Positions 14,627 through 28,195 of a stretch of 64,000 bases of DNA are shown piece after piece. The notes beneath the pieces were generated by a model, which was not told where the DNA came from, ran no database searches, and was given only the letters and a program-made list of their open reading frames with translations. Made by a program: the position numbers and the translations under genes. Each line of letters starts with the position of its first letter. Within the stretch, counting starts at the first letter, position 1. Source of the DNA: Centroscyllium fabricii (Eukaryota); NCBI GenBank assembly GCA_051313645.2, contig JBNRSN020000005.1, forward strand, positions 264,740,001-264,804,000, given 5' to 3'.

Positions 14627-14685
14627 CAATAAGGAGGGGCAGTACAATAAGGAGGGGCAGTACAATAAGGAGGGGCAGTACAATA
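14627..14685 (+). repeat. 18-bp tandem triplication
   Basis: caataaggaggggcagta x3.3. Confidence 0.9.
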
Positions 14686-15015
14686 CTATCAAATGTCTCT
14701 CAGGCAGGGGAGGTTCCTGTTTGTGCTCTGAAAGCAGTGAGTACAGTCCAACTGACTAGCTCCATGGTAGCTCACTCCCGTGGCCATTCTTAAATTGTAA
14801 ACTTGAACTTGGTGTTTTTCACTAGCCTGTTCAATCATGACACTTTGCTCCACCCCATCCCAGGGGACACGAGTTAACTGTGGCACCATCACTGCTGCCT
14901 ATTTAACTGGTGACTCTGCATCTATCGGGGATCGAAACCCAGACTGTCCTCATGACAACAGCTCAGTAGCATGCCACATTATGCATTTACCCACTGAGCC
15001 TTTGGTTAGATAAGG

Positions 15016-15359
15016 CAGCGGTCCCCAACCTTTTTTGCACCACGGACCAGTTTCATGCAGGACAATTTTTCCACGGACCAGTTTCATGCAGGACAATTTT
15101 TCGACGGACCGGGGGTGAAGAATTAGCTTGTGGGCTTAATTTATCAGTGCATGGAAAAAAAACTGCGACTGAGACAAGTGCGGAAAAGAGGCATAGACGG
15201 AAGTGGTCATTTTTCAAAATAAAACACCCTGCAGACTGCAATAGTCAATAAAATGGAAATAAAATAAAAATGTAAACGTTTTTATTCTTTCTGTGCGGCC
15301 CGGTACCAAATGATCCACGGCCCGGTACCGGTCCGCGGCCCGGTGTTTGGGGACCCCTG
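15016..15359. mobile_element. Non-autonomous hAT-Charlie element (MER1/Charlie3-like MITE)
   Basis: TIRs CAGCGGTCCCCAA / TTGGGGACCCCTG; perfect 8-bp TSD agataagg (15008-15015, 15360-15367); internal 31-bp tandem duplication. Confidence 0.9.
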
Positions 15360-15521
15360 AGATAAGGAACTCGCTCACTGTGGTTTTTGAGAGATAATAA
15401 ACATGCCCGTGGTTTGCTTGAGTAATGGTTTCTTAGCCCTGTAAATGAGTGCTTAATGTAAACTGTGTACGCTTTATCCATTAGAAAGGAAAATTAACTG
15501 GATTTAATTCTTTACAATCAG

Positions 15522-15669
15522 CCGTCCAGAAACGTCTTTCCTGTGGTTCACCAGTCCTTGCAAGACCATGAAATACATCATCTGGCGCCGATTCAAATGG
15601 ATCTTTCTTGGGATCATAATACTGCTGTTTGTAGTTCTGTTCCTTGGGATCTTCTTTTATTCATTGCCG
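15522..15669 (+). CDS. MYOF: Myoferlin transmembrane-anchor exon
   Basis: atcag|C acceptor, CCG|gtaagt donor; (N)[49 protein letters not shown], the typical ferlin tail-anchor helix. Confidence 0.96.
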
Positions 15670-18600
15670 GTAAGTACATGGTGTAGGTTTTAATAATGCT
15701 GTTACCAAAGTGAGAGTGCGCCAGTAAACAGTTGTTTTTTTTCAAGAAATAAACTTAATGTTTGTTTTTTTCTTTCCTCTTTCTCTTGTAGCTTAGTTCA
15801 TCACTGATGTGTAATATTTTGTGCTTTGCTTTTCCTTGTGTCGAATCTAATGGTGAATATTTGGTCAAATGCAGCTAAGGCCTGATCTAAAATGGAGATG
15901 CTTTCTGCTTTCAGCAGAGTTTGGAGACACCCAGTCAAATTCTCAAAGGGGCTTCTCTTGGTGTCTCTGGCACTGTCATTACTGTGTTTACAGAATTGTC
16001 GCCAACTCTAAAGTCGAAAGGTAGAAAAATCCTCTTGCATCGAGACTGCTTTTGAAGATAGCGGCACAGTAGGAGATTGGCTTAAGGAAGCTTAAGTTGT
16101 GTTTTGGCAGCAAAGTAAAAATGCACAGGCTCATGATTTAATCACTGTATTGCTTTGATTTAATTAAGAGCTTCCATAATTAACTTAAAGAATAAAAATT
16201 GCTATTAAACCTATTTAATTGCTCTTCCTCACTTACTGTGTACAATGTCCAGGCCTGCATAAAATTAAGTTGCTCCTGATTCTTCTTCATAAGCTCTTAA
16301 TCTGTTAAACTTAAAAATGCCACAATTAATTCGCTCCTTCACGCACTGTTGTCGTTTTTTTTGTTGTAATTTTTGGTCCATGATCAGAAATAGTACTAAA
16401 ACTCGGTGAACAAGTCAGATTTGTGTTGCAATACACTTGTACTTTTACTCCCTCCCCCACTGTTTGCTGCCATCCTGTTTCTTTGCTGTCCTTTAACCGA
16501 GTGCGCGGCCTTCTCGGCCCCCATTGATGTGCTATATTGACTAACAAGTAATCTATTTTGCGAGACAGGATATGTCTCCTTGAGATCTATTTTATGATCC
16601 AGCCAGTAAAAAAAAAAAAAAAAAACTGCTCCTTGGAGGCTGCATGAACTGCAATTTGAGTTTGGGACTTTTGAATGGAAATCCAGGGCCTTATTGCAAA
16701 TGTTAAACTACCTTAAAAGGGAAAGGGTAAAGTTTTTAACTTTAAAAAAAAAAAAAAAAAAAAAGTAAAAAAGTAACAAATTACACAGCCACAGAACAGC
16801 AAAGTGTACATGTTTTTTTGTGTTTGTGTATTTACATCACTGAGAAGTTGGAATAGATTTAACTGACTGTGTAAAGTGCAGCCTCGTGCGTGTGTGTATA
16901 TATATTTATTCATGGGCCATCAGCAATAAAAGGGTTAATGTCAGTAGCTTCGTTCCCCATTATCTTAGCATTTTCAATTAAATACACCAAATTACCAATG
17001 GCACACAGTATAAAGTATTGCTACAATAATGCTGGGCGAGCAGCAATTACATTGATTTACTCTGGACTATGTTCAGTTCATTGGGTAGAAAAAAAAGAGA
17101 TTGGAGTTTAAGAATTTCACTGGTGTAATAAATTCTGTATATTGCTACCATGTTAGAGCAACAAGGCTGTTAATTTAAAATTAAATAAAAACCCTTCTGT
17201 CTTCCACTTTGATGGAAGACAAAAGATTATGGGAAAGTTCTTTTTAAGGTGATAGGAGGAAAAGTTCAGCAGCATCCATCATGGCCTCCAGGCCTGCTGG
17301 GATAGGAGGGAGGGACATAAAGGTGTCAACACCAGAGCGGGTACAGGAGTAAATCACAGTTAGTGGAGCTAGCACAGGAATGGCAAACCAAGGCAGCTGT
17401 TAGTTGTGCAGTGTTGGAGATCTCAATGTTGTGTTAAGGCAAGCCCCCTTCTCATGACCTTACTTTCCAGTGCTGTTTGTACACCATCATCATCTCCCTC
17501 CTTAGCCTTCTGACCTTAGCATGGCTGAATTTTTTCTAAGTGGCTGATAAAGCTGAGAAATGTAAGGACCAGGGAGTCGGGAGGCTTTAACTGTTCGATT
17601 ATCACGAGGGCTGGAATTTTCAATAGCTGTCTGGTGATGCTCTTTTCTTTGCGTGTCTGTGCTGGTGTACTCTTACCCATTTTGTTTCACCTACATTTGA
17701 TTAACATTAATGCATTTTTGGGATTCTTCACTACAAACACGGTGCTGCTGTTGGTGTATCTAATTCACTTTGTTTATAAAGCGAGTATTTTCCACTTTTA
17801 CTTGGGGAAAGGTTTCTGTTTAAAACCTGAAGTTTGATCCCATGTGTGCTAATATAAATAGCTGTGTTTATTTTAAATAAATTTAATGCTCAATTTAAAT
17901 TTACAAATTTGGGCATGTTTCAATTTTGATCTGCAATGCTATGTGCAACTGACTAAAAATGTAAGCATTTCTATGATTTATCTTTCCTGGATATAAAGTT
18001 GTTTTCTAAATTCCAAGTCCATGGTGGGAAAGAAAATGAAGATCTAGATCTGTAGAGGAAAAGTCACACAGCCAGTGGCACCGTGTTCTGGAGCCCCATG
18101 GAGATGGGAGCACACATTCACACCTCCTGCTGTCGGTCATGTGAAGTTGGCAAGCAAAGAGCAGGTGCCTCATTACCAAGGGGTTGAGGGGAAATTGGAG
18201 TGAGCATTTTCTTGAGCCCTATTTATGTGCCTCAAAAGTGACTACCTTAGAGCGGCAATTATGGAAGCCAAAAGTAGGTCTCCTACTTACCTGGGTTCAG
18301 GTTAGGCAGTATATTAATTCAGGAGAAAATAAGGGGACATGTATTTGAATACAGTATTTTAGCAGGAAACTTGACCTGAATTAAGAAATTGAAGTCCTGT
18401 AGTTTGTCGAAACTAACCTTGTATTTCAGTGGTGCTGTACTGCAGGACCACTGCTGCCCACCTTCCTTACTTGAAACCTTCATCAGAGCTGCTGTCTCCT
18501 GGTCTGAATTCGGGACCCAAAAGCGCCAGCTCTGATATTGGAGATGAGTTCAGCACTAGAGTGGTTTCATGGTGTACAGTTCAAGTGACCCTTGAGCATG

Positions 18601-20988
18601 TCTCTGCTCAAGGTTGACCATTGGCAAAAACTTAGTAGGTTTCTAATAAGCAGATAAAATGGCATGATGCTATTGCTTTAAATTAAGGCACGAGTTTTTC
18701 ATCGAGACTCTGTTTTTCTGGTTAATGATGTAATCAGACATTCAAATTTAGGGTGCTATATTGTCCCCACTCAATTTAAAGATCAGATTTCTCTACAAGA
18801 CTAACCTAACCTACATGAATTTTTGGTCTGTTGGCTAATTTTGAAAATGTCATGCCACCATTCACTTTAATGCAGTAATGGTGTTTAATGGTAACCTAGG
18901 GTTTGCACTTTAGCTTCCCTTAAAGTCCAAGTGAGCTTGGCTCCTCAGCCCTTCACAGACGGGGGAGGTGCTTCCGTACCACTCAAGAACACCACCTGGT
19001 GGGGCGACTGGGGAATAGCACCGCCTGCAGTCTGGCCTGTTTAGGCCTCGTGCCTAGGGGATGAAGAATAATGACCGAAAATGAAGTAGACTTGTGTTTT
19101 TATTTTCTTGCTAATTTTCACACTTCCCTTCTTCCCCTAAAGTCTGAAAGAAGAGCAAGAGTTGCATCAAGCACCCTTTCTCAAGTAGTCACAAACTGAG
19201 GAGGGTTACCACAGGAGGATGGCCAGATCCTGTGCGTTCCTGGGTACCAGGTGATGTAAACACTAGATATCCAGGCTACACCATGGATGAAACCATGTCT
19301 CCCCTATAAACTATGAAATATGAATGAGTACAGACAGGACAATGGGAGAGAAATTTGTTCAGAGAGCAATCTGGATACATAAAGAAAATGTGTATTGTAT
19401 AAAAGACTACGGTTGGTATTGGAACTAGTGACTCTAACAGAAAAGAAGGATAAAGGATCAAAACACCTGCGATGGGGTGGCAGGGTCTGTTCATGGAGAA
19501 TCCTTTGTGTTCCATCTAAATACAGCTAACCCAGTGTGGTTATAGGGTGTCTTGAGTACACTGCAGTAACTAAGTAGTGAGCAAAATAATTCAAAAAGGG
19601 AACCACACATTTTAAAAGAAAAATGACCTTCAGGGATAGATTATTCACAGAATGGGCTATTCCCCAGAATATTGAAGACCAGGCAGATCTGAAGGCAAGT
19701 CCACTTGGCACTAGAGTCAGGAGATCGTGACGAGCTGTAACCGGTTAAATGAGACAGCTCTTGCTGGGGTCCAAGGGGACTTTAACAGCTGGAAGTGGAT
19801 GTGTCGTGCTAAACTTGAACTCCTATAAAATCATAGTCTAATAAACTCAAACTGTAGAACAGGTCTGCAGAATGTCATAGTGGGTGCTGACTCCTCTTAT
19901 GTCCCATGCCTCGGTTCTGAGATCTTGGCTACGAGTAGAGCGGTCAAGTGACACGTTCAGCGTAAAAATGTTAATTGTTTTCCTCAAGCGATTGCTGGCT
20001 GTGAGCCTGAGGACTCTTTGTAGAACCTCAGTCGCCCAGTCCTAGATTTACATCGGCCACCCATTTCTCCCAACTGAGAAGAGCTTACCATATCCATAGA
20101 AATTAGCAGAACTGTAAAATTAGTTTAGTGCTACAGCCAAACTAACCAGAAAGGGCTCCAAGCAATGTTCCCTCTTTTTGTTTGTACACGGCCCCTTTAC
20201 CCGGCTGTAATGCCCATTTCCGTGCGTGCGCGGTTTCTTCCATATAAAAGCCGGTGAGCGGCCAATGCGGGACCTCCAGACCGCTGCGCAGCTTAGCGGG
20301 AGCATTGGTTTCAAGGCCGTCTCTCATCTAGAAATTTTACAAGTAATTTTTGAAACTGGGAAGAAAACAACAAACCTTGGAGATGCCTAAAGAAAAGTCA
20401 CTTTCTAAGTCTGACGTTTTGCTGCAGAGGTAAGAGATCAGACTGATTCACCACCCACCAAATGGGAAAGGCACGAGTCCCGACTTGTGCCATCTATGGA
20501 ATCCACCCATTAGTGATTAGGAGACCTCTGGGTCATCCCATCTGGGTCATTCCATTACTGGGGAACAGGCAGTCAATAGAATATGAAAATGTCCAAAATC
20601 TGACCTGATCCACAAGACCATTAGAATGATACTAGACTTCTTTTAAATGAATAAGATAGGTACTGAGGTGAGAATCTCTACTTCAGTTGTAGTTTAAAAT
20701 CCATGAAGCTATATAACCCATAAGGGGAGGATAGTCATTGGATTGCAGCAGCTTCAACTTAATGCAGAATGCTGCTTGTCCTGTATAAGATGGCCCCCGG
20801 TGTACATACTGGGAACATTTGGACTAAATAAAGCAAGTTCACCAGAATGCTAATTATCAATATGGTGACCCTGCTGCGATCCCAGATGGTTGATCCAATA
20901 AGGTGGCACAACTCGGGAGCAATCTGCACCTCAAAATGCCAGAACCCCAACAAAATGAAAAGGTTCCTTGGCCAGTAGAAACTGGCCC

Positions 20989-21718
20989 AATTCAATTCAA
21001 TTCAATTTTATTGTCATTGCAGAGTACTAGTACAATACAATGAAACGAAGACTCGCCGCTCCCGAGAGTAGTGCAAATAAGTTACCATACAATTGCATAC
21101 TGTAAAGTACATTTCAGATGTGCAGATACTGGAGTTTTTTGTTAGAGTTCAGGAGACTGATAGCCCTGGGGAAGAAGCTGTTCTTGAATCTGGTCGTGCG
21201 GGTGCGAATTGATCTGTAGCGTCTCCTGGAGGACAGGGGGGCGAACAGACTATGGCTGGGGTGTGTGGGGTCTTTACTAATGTTCTGAGACCTCCATAGG
21301 CAGTGTTTGAGGTAGGTGCATTCAATTGATGGTAGCTGGATGCTGGTGATTCGTTGGGCAGTTTTGACTACCCGCTGCAGGGCATTCCGGTCCGAGATGG
21401 TGCAGTTTCCATACCAGACTGTGATGCAGCTTGTCAGTATGCTTTCAATTTTGTGCAGCGGTAGAAGTTGGTGAGGATGCCGGATGTCAGCTTGGCCTTT
21501 TTCAGCTTCCTTAGGAAAAGGCGCTGTTGGGCCGCCTTTATCAGGGAGGAGGTGTTCAGTGACCAGGAGAGGTCTTCCGAGATGTGGACCCCGAGGTACT
21601 TGAAGCTGGACACCCTTTCCACCTCAGCCCCTTGGATGAAGATGGGGGTGTGTCTTCTGCTTTTAGTCTTCCGGAAGTCCACTATGATCTCCTTGGTTTT
21701 CTTGGTGTTCAGTGCAAA
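20989..21718 (-). mobile_element. Rex1/Babar-type LINE 3' fragment
   Basis: LNTKKTKEIIVDFRK...FKYLGVHISEDLSWS; (AATTG)n tail; close relative of 61437-62396. Confidence 0.85.
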
Positions 21719-24700
21719 GACATCTGACTTGCAGTAACTGATTTCATTCCCAGACTGTACTGCTGAATGCACTTCAGAAAGCAAGCAGGAGAGGAAGACC
21801 TGAGGCCTATTTGTGCAATAATACTGATATCCCTGTCCACCACTTGAATCCCTCAGACATCAGGGAAAGAATGTACACTTGATGCTGAAAGCTCAATAAC
21901 CAACATAGAATGAGGAAGAAAGACCAAATACCACTATTTGAGGGAGACACAATCTCATTGGTGATCCACTGAGTATTGTTTTCCCAAATCTCATGGTCTG
22001 CAGCAACACTCAAACTCACTTAATTTGATCAAAATCCTTTGCAATATCAAGGGAGAGGACCAAGCTGGTATCTGCCACCTGCCGCAGGGGCATCGTTTCT
22101 AAATTGGCTGCATTTTTATATGTATATGTTCCACAGATGCATCTTGGTGAATTAGTATGAACCAATTAATCTATTCAGACTGCTAACCAGAAATCGGGGA
22201 GATATCTTTGACTAATGATCAAGAAAGATTGGTTTGTTGAAGGCACATTCATGGGGCTCCTTGCTGCCTTTCAGGATAAAGATGATGGATCCATCTTGCC
22301 AAATATTGGGAATAGAGAGAATTAGTGATCTGGTGAAAGGGGATCCATTTCTGGGGCAGCACCAAGTACGGAGGTACTACGGAGGGTACTATCAGCCTAA
22401 AAGCAACCTATGGGCATGGAGCATCTCCTCCAAGATCAATAGTTCTCATGCTCGTCCAGGGTAGCCACCTTTTCACCCTCTTTGTCCCCCTCCATCATCC
22501 TCATCCTCAATGTGAGAGGGAAAAATCAGATAGGTTACATCAGATAGGTTACTCCAGATTGCCTCAACAGCAATTCTGACTGACTGATGTAGATCAGAAT
22601 AAAACTGGCAAAAGTCATGATTGTTCTCCTCAACATGAGACTTACCATTCCTTGAGCTTCACCATAGGAATTGTATAACTGATTTGTTGCTTCCACAAGG
22701 CATAAACTGGAAGGGACCCAGTTTATCATGCTCATTGGATTCACCTATGTGATACACTCTGATCAAAAGGATGCCTAATTCATTGTGGCTTTGGTGAGTT
22801 TTGCTGCCTCAAATGAGGGAAAAAGGAGCAAGGCATCAGGTTTCTGTGTACAAACCTGGGATAAAGTACTGTGTAGTGTGCCATTCTCTTGGAGGGCCTG
22901 TTTCAGACCATTAAATTTGCAGCAACAAATAGAGGGAATAGTCTCCATAAATAAAGATATGCTGATGATCTTCCACATCAAATTGGGCAGGCCTGCTACA
23001 GCACCTCTTTAGTGTGATAATGTGGAAAAGCGCAGCAGCTTTCGGAGGTTTGGATCTGCAGATCAAGGAGTTGGTGTACAATGGGTGTTCTCAATAGAAA
23101 CTGAGCCCCAACTTCCAGCATATCCTGGAGGAATTTTATTTAAATGACTCCACATTGGATCCTTCCAACCCCTCGGCCAATCCAAGAATCTATACATCAT
23201 TCAGCAAGTTGTGGTGTCGAGTCATGCATGTTGCTAGACAACTTTCACTCCCCCTCTCGTGTCTTTCGGTGGACAAGTGTGGGCTCCGCAGTGCCTGTCT
23301 GCTCTTCATGGACTTTCACATCAGTCTCCAGTTCAGTCCAGAGAGTGTAGGGGGGGGGGGGGGTCGCTGCTGAGTAGCTGAGCTGAGGGCCAATACTAGG
23401 CTAGGGAATTTCTTCAGTTCCTGAACAGATGGAGAATTGGGTAAAGGTCCCATTTGCAAGATTGACACAGCAGGTCCTTGAAGCAGCAAAGAACTTTAGG
23501 AAAGATGAATTATTTTTCATTTTTAGCCTCTGACATCTTAATTTAAGGGCAGTTTAAACTTAAAAAAATATAACCTTGTGTAAAATATGTTGCATGGAGA
23601 CTCCGAGCTGTCGGGAGTAGTGGGCTCTCCATAGCACATTGCCAGTCCTCGCTATTATTTAAAACTGAAATTAGTATTTAATGTTCTAAAATTCAGCCAT
23701 AATATAAAACTTGTGCAGCATAACCTGAGAGGAAAAATGTACAATTTTTTTTCCCACCCTCCACTTTCTTCCATCATTAGTTCCTCCTGGGCCAGACACC
23801 TTCAGCAGTAGCCAATGGAAGTGAGTGAGTGCTTGTTCTGAGGACTGGCAGTGCTGTTCCTGGCCAGCTGCCAGGAATCACATGAGAGAATCCTGGTTGA
23901 GACTCTCAAACAAAAGTGTTTTTCCCTCTTCTGTAGAGATGCTGAGCCTGCACTTGGCAGTGCAGCTTGATTGAGGTCAGTAGAGTGGGGAATCTGTCCT
24001 GTGTCGCAAGATGCTAATTCTGTTTCAACACCTCCAATTAAATTGATTTAATTTAAATCCCAGTTTCTCCTCATTAAGCCCATCCTTGAAACATATAGAA
24101 ATCCAGCCCCCTATTTTAGGAACATTTCTAACAAATATCTGCATATGGAGGTGCTTAATTTGATGTCTTTTTTGTTTTTGTTCCCTGATCCCAATTTTCT
24201 CCTTCCTGCTGCTCAAGATGCTGACTCATGTCAGTTCAGTTATATGGGCACCTGCAGCCCTTGGGTATTTCACCACCTGGTTGTCTTGTGTGAAAGTAGG
24301 TGGTGTGTTGGCAGGCTGTTCAACCAGGAGATATCGAGCCTTAACCAACATTTACACCAACACACTTTCCAGCCAGGATTGCAGAATTATTTCTACCTTT
24401 CTTTCCCCAAAACAACTTGCATTTATATAGCGCCTTTAAAATAGTAAAACATCCCAAGGTGCTCCACGGGAGCATCATCAAACAAAATGTGACACCAAGT
24501 CTTAATATTAGAACCGGTGACCAAAAGCTTGGTCAAAGATGGATTTTTAAGGAGCATCTTAGAGAGGCTTACCAGGACCACAGAGGCCAATTGAAGCCAA
24601 GTCAAGATCAGCCACTACAGAACAGATTGAGATTTTAAGCCCGAGACCTTCCTGGTCTGTTTTATTCGGTAACTCCTTGAATAAATAAACTTGCTGAGCC

Positions 24701-25471
24701 ATTAGTGCCATTCAGAATATTTGTTTTTCACCAAATTATTGCTCCAATGAGGTGAAAAATAATGTTGTCTTTGTGACCCTATTTGGAGGAGTGGGGCTTG
24801 ACCCAGTAGTAAAGAGATAATAGACAGTCATACATTTGAATCACATCCTTGATTGATATTCAAACTCATCTGGTTCATAGACAAGTTAGTCTCGTTCTCA
24901 GCCTGGCCACTAGATAGAGCTCTGTGCAGAACTAGGGGAAAGAATGCCAAACTAGTCCCTTATTACTCAATGTAGAATAGAAAAGTCTGGCTTCTGAATT
25001 AGTAGAATCAGTTTGAGAGATGAGGAAATCTTCAGAGGGGAAAAATGTCAAGTATCAATATATTATATTTGTGTTTATTTTGTTTAAGTGCTCTAGTGTT
25101 TTGTCAATGTATGCATACCAGCATGATCCCACCACCAAATGCATCTTCCCCTCACCTCCACTTTAAGCATTCTGTAGGGACCGCTCCCTCTGCGACACCC
25201 TAGTCCACTCCTCTAACACCCCCAGCACCCTTTCCCCTTCGCCCGGCACCTTCCTGTGCAAGCGCAGGAGATGCAACACATGCCCTTATACCTTTCCCCC
25301 CCGCCTGCCTTCCCACTGTCCAGGGCCCCAAAAACCCCTTCCAGGTGAAACAGTGACTTGCGTGTATTTCCTGCAATTTAGTATACTGTAGTCACTGCTC
25401 ACGATGTGGTCTCCTCTAAATCGGGGAGACCAAACGCCGATTGGGTTATCGCTTTGCAGAACACCTCCATT

Positions 25472-25633
25472 CAGTCCGTACGGGGGACCCCGAGCTCCCA
25501 GTCCGTACGGGGGACCCCGAGCTCCCAGTCCGTACGGGGGACCCCGAGCTCCCAGTCCGTACGGGGGACCCCGAGCTCCCAGTCCGTACGGGGGACCCCG
25601 AGCTCCCAGTCCGTATGGGGGACCCCGAGCTCC
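25472..25633 (+). repeat. 27-bp minisatellite x6 (CAGTCCGTACGGGGGACCCCGAGCTCC)
   Basis: Six head-to-tail units, only one C>T difference in the last; no spacers. Confidence 0.97.
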
Positions 25634-26040
25634 TGGTGGCCTGTCACTTTAATTCTCCACTCCACTCCCATTCAGACCTCACTGTCTGTGGCCTGTTGCA
25701 TTGTTCGACGGAAGCCCAGCATAAACTTGAACAGCACCTCATCTTTCACTTAGCCACTCTACAGCCCTCTGGACTAAACAGAGTTCAACAATTGTAGATC
25801 ATAACCTCGGCCCCGACCACACTTTTTAAAATATATATATATATATATTTTTTTTTCAATCCACTTTTGTCTGGGCTTTTTTCTTTACTCTGCCAGAGCT
25901 GTTCACACCTATCCAGAGCCATCCTGTGTTCCTTGAATTTCTCCTAATGTCTCTTCTAGCCTATCACTGATCTTTCCTTTGTTTTTTCAGCCTCCCAGCC
26001 CCTACTAGCTTTAAAATCTATCCCCTCTCCCGGTTTCTCC

Positions 26041-26077
26041 AGTTCTGAAGAAAGGTCATCGACTTGAAACGTTAACT
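26041..26077 (+). ncRNA. Minimal hammerhead-ribozyme-like motif (family A), intact core
   Basis: AGTT CTGAAGA A AGGTC atc GACTT GAA ACGT T AACT: stem I AGUU/AACU, CUGANGA, stem II, GAAA, palindromic ACGU. Confidence 0.65.
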
Positions 26078-26204
26078 CTCTTTCTCTCTCCACCGATGCT
26101 ACCTGGCCTGCTGAGTTTCTCCAGCATTTTGGTTTTTTCCATACCTCTTTGTTCCTCTCTTCTCTTCACTCCTCAGAACCAACTAATATTTTTGATGCAG
26201 TGTG

Positions 26205-27180
26205 ACTGTTCTTGAGGGTGGGGATGTGGAATGGTTTTTTAATAATTCCAGAACTTTGGGCCTAGATGACTGAAGGCACAGCCATTAATGGTGGGGACAA
26301 AGGATTTTGGGATGCATAGGAGGCCAGAGTTGGAGGAAGGGAAATTTCTGAGTGTTGTAGGCTTTAGGTTACAGAAATGGGGAGGCTATGTAGGGATTTA
26401 AACACTAGGCTGAGAATTTTAAGTTTCAGGCATTGGGGGTTCGGGAGCCAGTGCAGGTCACCAAGCGCAGGACCGATGGGTGAGTGGAATTTGGTGCAGG
26501 ATAGAATACGCGTAGCAGGGTTTTGGATCAATAGAAGTTGCAGGATGGGAGGCTGGCCAGAATAGCATTGGAATAGTAACAAAAGCATGGATGAGGGTTT
26601 GGGCAGGGGCAGAGACATGCACTGTATGGAGGTGCATATAGACAGTCTTTGTGATAGAGAGGATATGGGGTTGGAAACTTGCCACAGTTTTGAACAGTGT
26701 GCTTCAATCTGAGGCTGTGACCCAGGAGGAGGCAAAATTGTGGAGTTTGTAGTGGAGTCCAAAGACAGTGGCATCAATCTTTCCAATCTTAACTAAAGGA
26801 AATTGAAACTCCTCCAGAAATGGCTGTCAGACAAGCAGTCAGACATTACTGAGACAGTGGAAGGGTTGAGGGTGATGGTGGTAGAGCTGGGTGTCACCAG
26901 TGTGCGCATAGAACCTGACCCCATGATTTCAGATGATGATGACTCGAGGGGCAGCATGTAGATGTGGAAAAGGAGGGGACCAAGGATCGATCTTTCAGAG
27001 ACTACAGAGGTAATAGAAAGGGAAGAGAAGTCATTGTTGGAGATCCTTGCGCTAAACTTGCCGAGAACAAAGTGAGGGACATCCCATTGAGCTGGACAAC
27101 GGAAAGACTGAAGAGGAGGGTGGTCTGGTCCACCATGGAAAAGGCTGCAGAAAGGTTGATGTGGATGAGGGACAGTGAAT
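26205..27180 (-). mobile_element. Old L2 LINE fragment
   Basis: LLIQNPATRILSCTK..PALGDLHWLP..LKLKILSLVFKSLH; INLSAAFSMVDQ; heavily decayed. Confidence 0.75.
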
Positions 27181-28153
27181 GTAGAGTACTAGATCGAAGG
27201 AAGTACATTCAAATTGCTGTCTAGTATTGAAGAGTGTCTGGGGTCCTGGACAATGGTGTGGGTGAAGGCAAGTGGTGTATCTGGTGCTGTTGCTTGGGGA
27301 AGGCCAGGTGGAATTTGGACAAGTGGAAGATTGAACAAGGATATCCTGAAGGGAATAGTGGGGAGGGAGGGTGCAAATGTGCATGGTGGAGGAAATGATA
27401 AGTTGATCTGATGACTGTAAAGGCTGGTGTGGCAGAAAGTGCCTTGGATCTCTGCAGATTAGCATAAGAGGCGTTCGTAAAAGCTTAATCTCAGTATTTA
27501 TTGTCACATGGCACCTGATCTAATGGATGAAACCTGTGCATCAAAAATCTCATTCAAATAGAAATGCCCGTTTTAGTCGCAGTGAAACTCAAACTCCAGC
27601 CTGAAGTACCGTGAAGCAGAGAGGTAACCAGGTGTAACTGGTTTCTGCCCCATCTCCTTTGTTGTGGCACAGAAATGGACCTGGACACACATGGGTGCAA
27701 TTCAGAGAAATTGGCCCCAGTGTGTGAGTGCACCCTTAATACCAAGTGTGCACTTTGATTGAATGTGCAGGTAGGTGTGAAGAGCCACATGTGGCTCAGG
27801 AGATGGTGTTTGGCCACCAGCTGAGGTCATAGAAAGGTGAAATTGAATCCAGAAGCTAGATTCCTTTATTGTGAGTAAAAGCAAGTCTACGGGTTTCCTT
27901 TTATTTCTATTAATCATGGGGGGTTTTTAAGTTCCACTGAGTGTTTCAGATAACAATCTACAGCCGATGTAATTCTTGACCCAGGTCTTAGACAAGCTTT
28001 TTATCTGAGCTTGTCAAATTAACACATGACCTGTGGATATGTTGTAAAATGTGTTACTGCTTTGAGAACTATTAAATGAGAAGATGTTTGTAAGTTCACA
28101 CTTAAATAGCACTTCACGGTATTCACTTTTACTAATCTTGTTATCTTCCACAG

Positions 28154-28195
28154 AACTATCTATCCATGCGAATTGTAAATCCTAGAGGAATGTAA
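28154..28195 (+). CDS. MYOF: Myoferlin canonical last coding exon (NYLSMRIVNPRGM*)
   Basis: Branch-like tactaat upstream, cttccacag|AAC acceptor in phase 0; matches recalled human tail NYLSMKIVKPNV; TAA at 28193-28195. Confidence 0.92.
   Translation, partial: NYLSMRIVNPRGM

Larger units (their letters stand above)
25126..26120 (+). mobile_element. Penelope-like retroelement copy (same family as 4655-6080)
   Basis: Reverse-complement match to about 4660-5510; RFAEHL...VACHFNS...QPSGLN; same 3' terminus at 26041-26130. Confidence 0.85.

Noticed and set aside
20200-20300. TATA plus CCAAT, CpG-rich promoter-like patch in the MYOF last intron
   Set aside because: Motif order is not promoter-like, no downstream exon found; more likely a small repeat.
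25472-25633. CRISPR-like short palindromic repeats
   Set aside because: Units are contiguous with no unique spacers; eukaryotic retroelement context.
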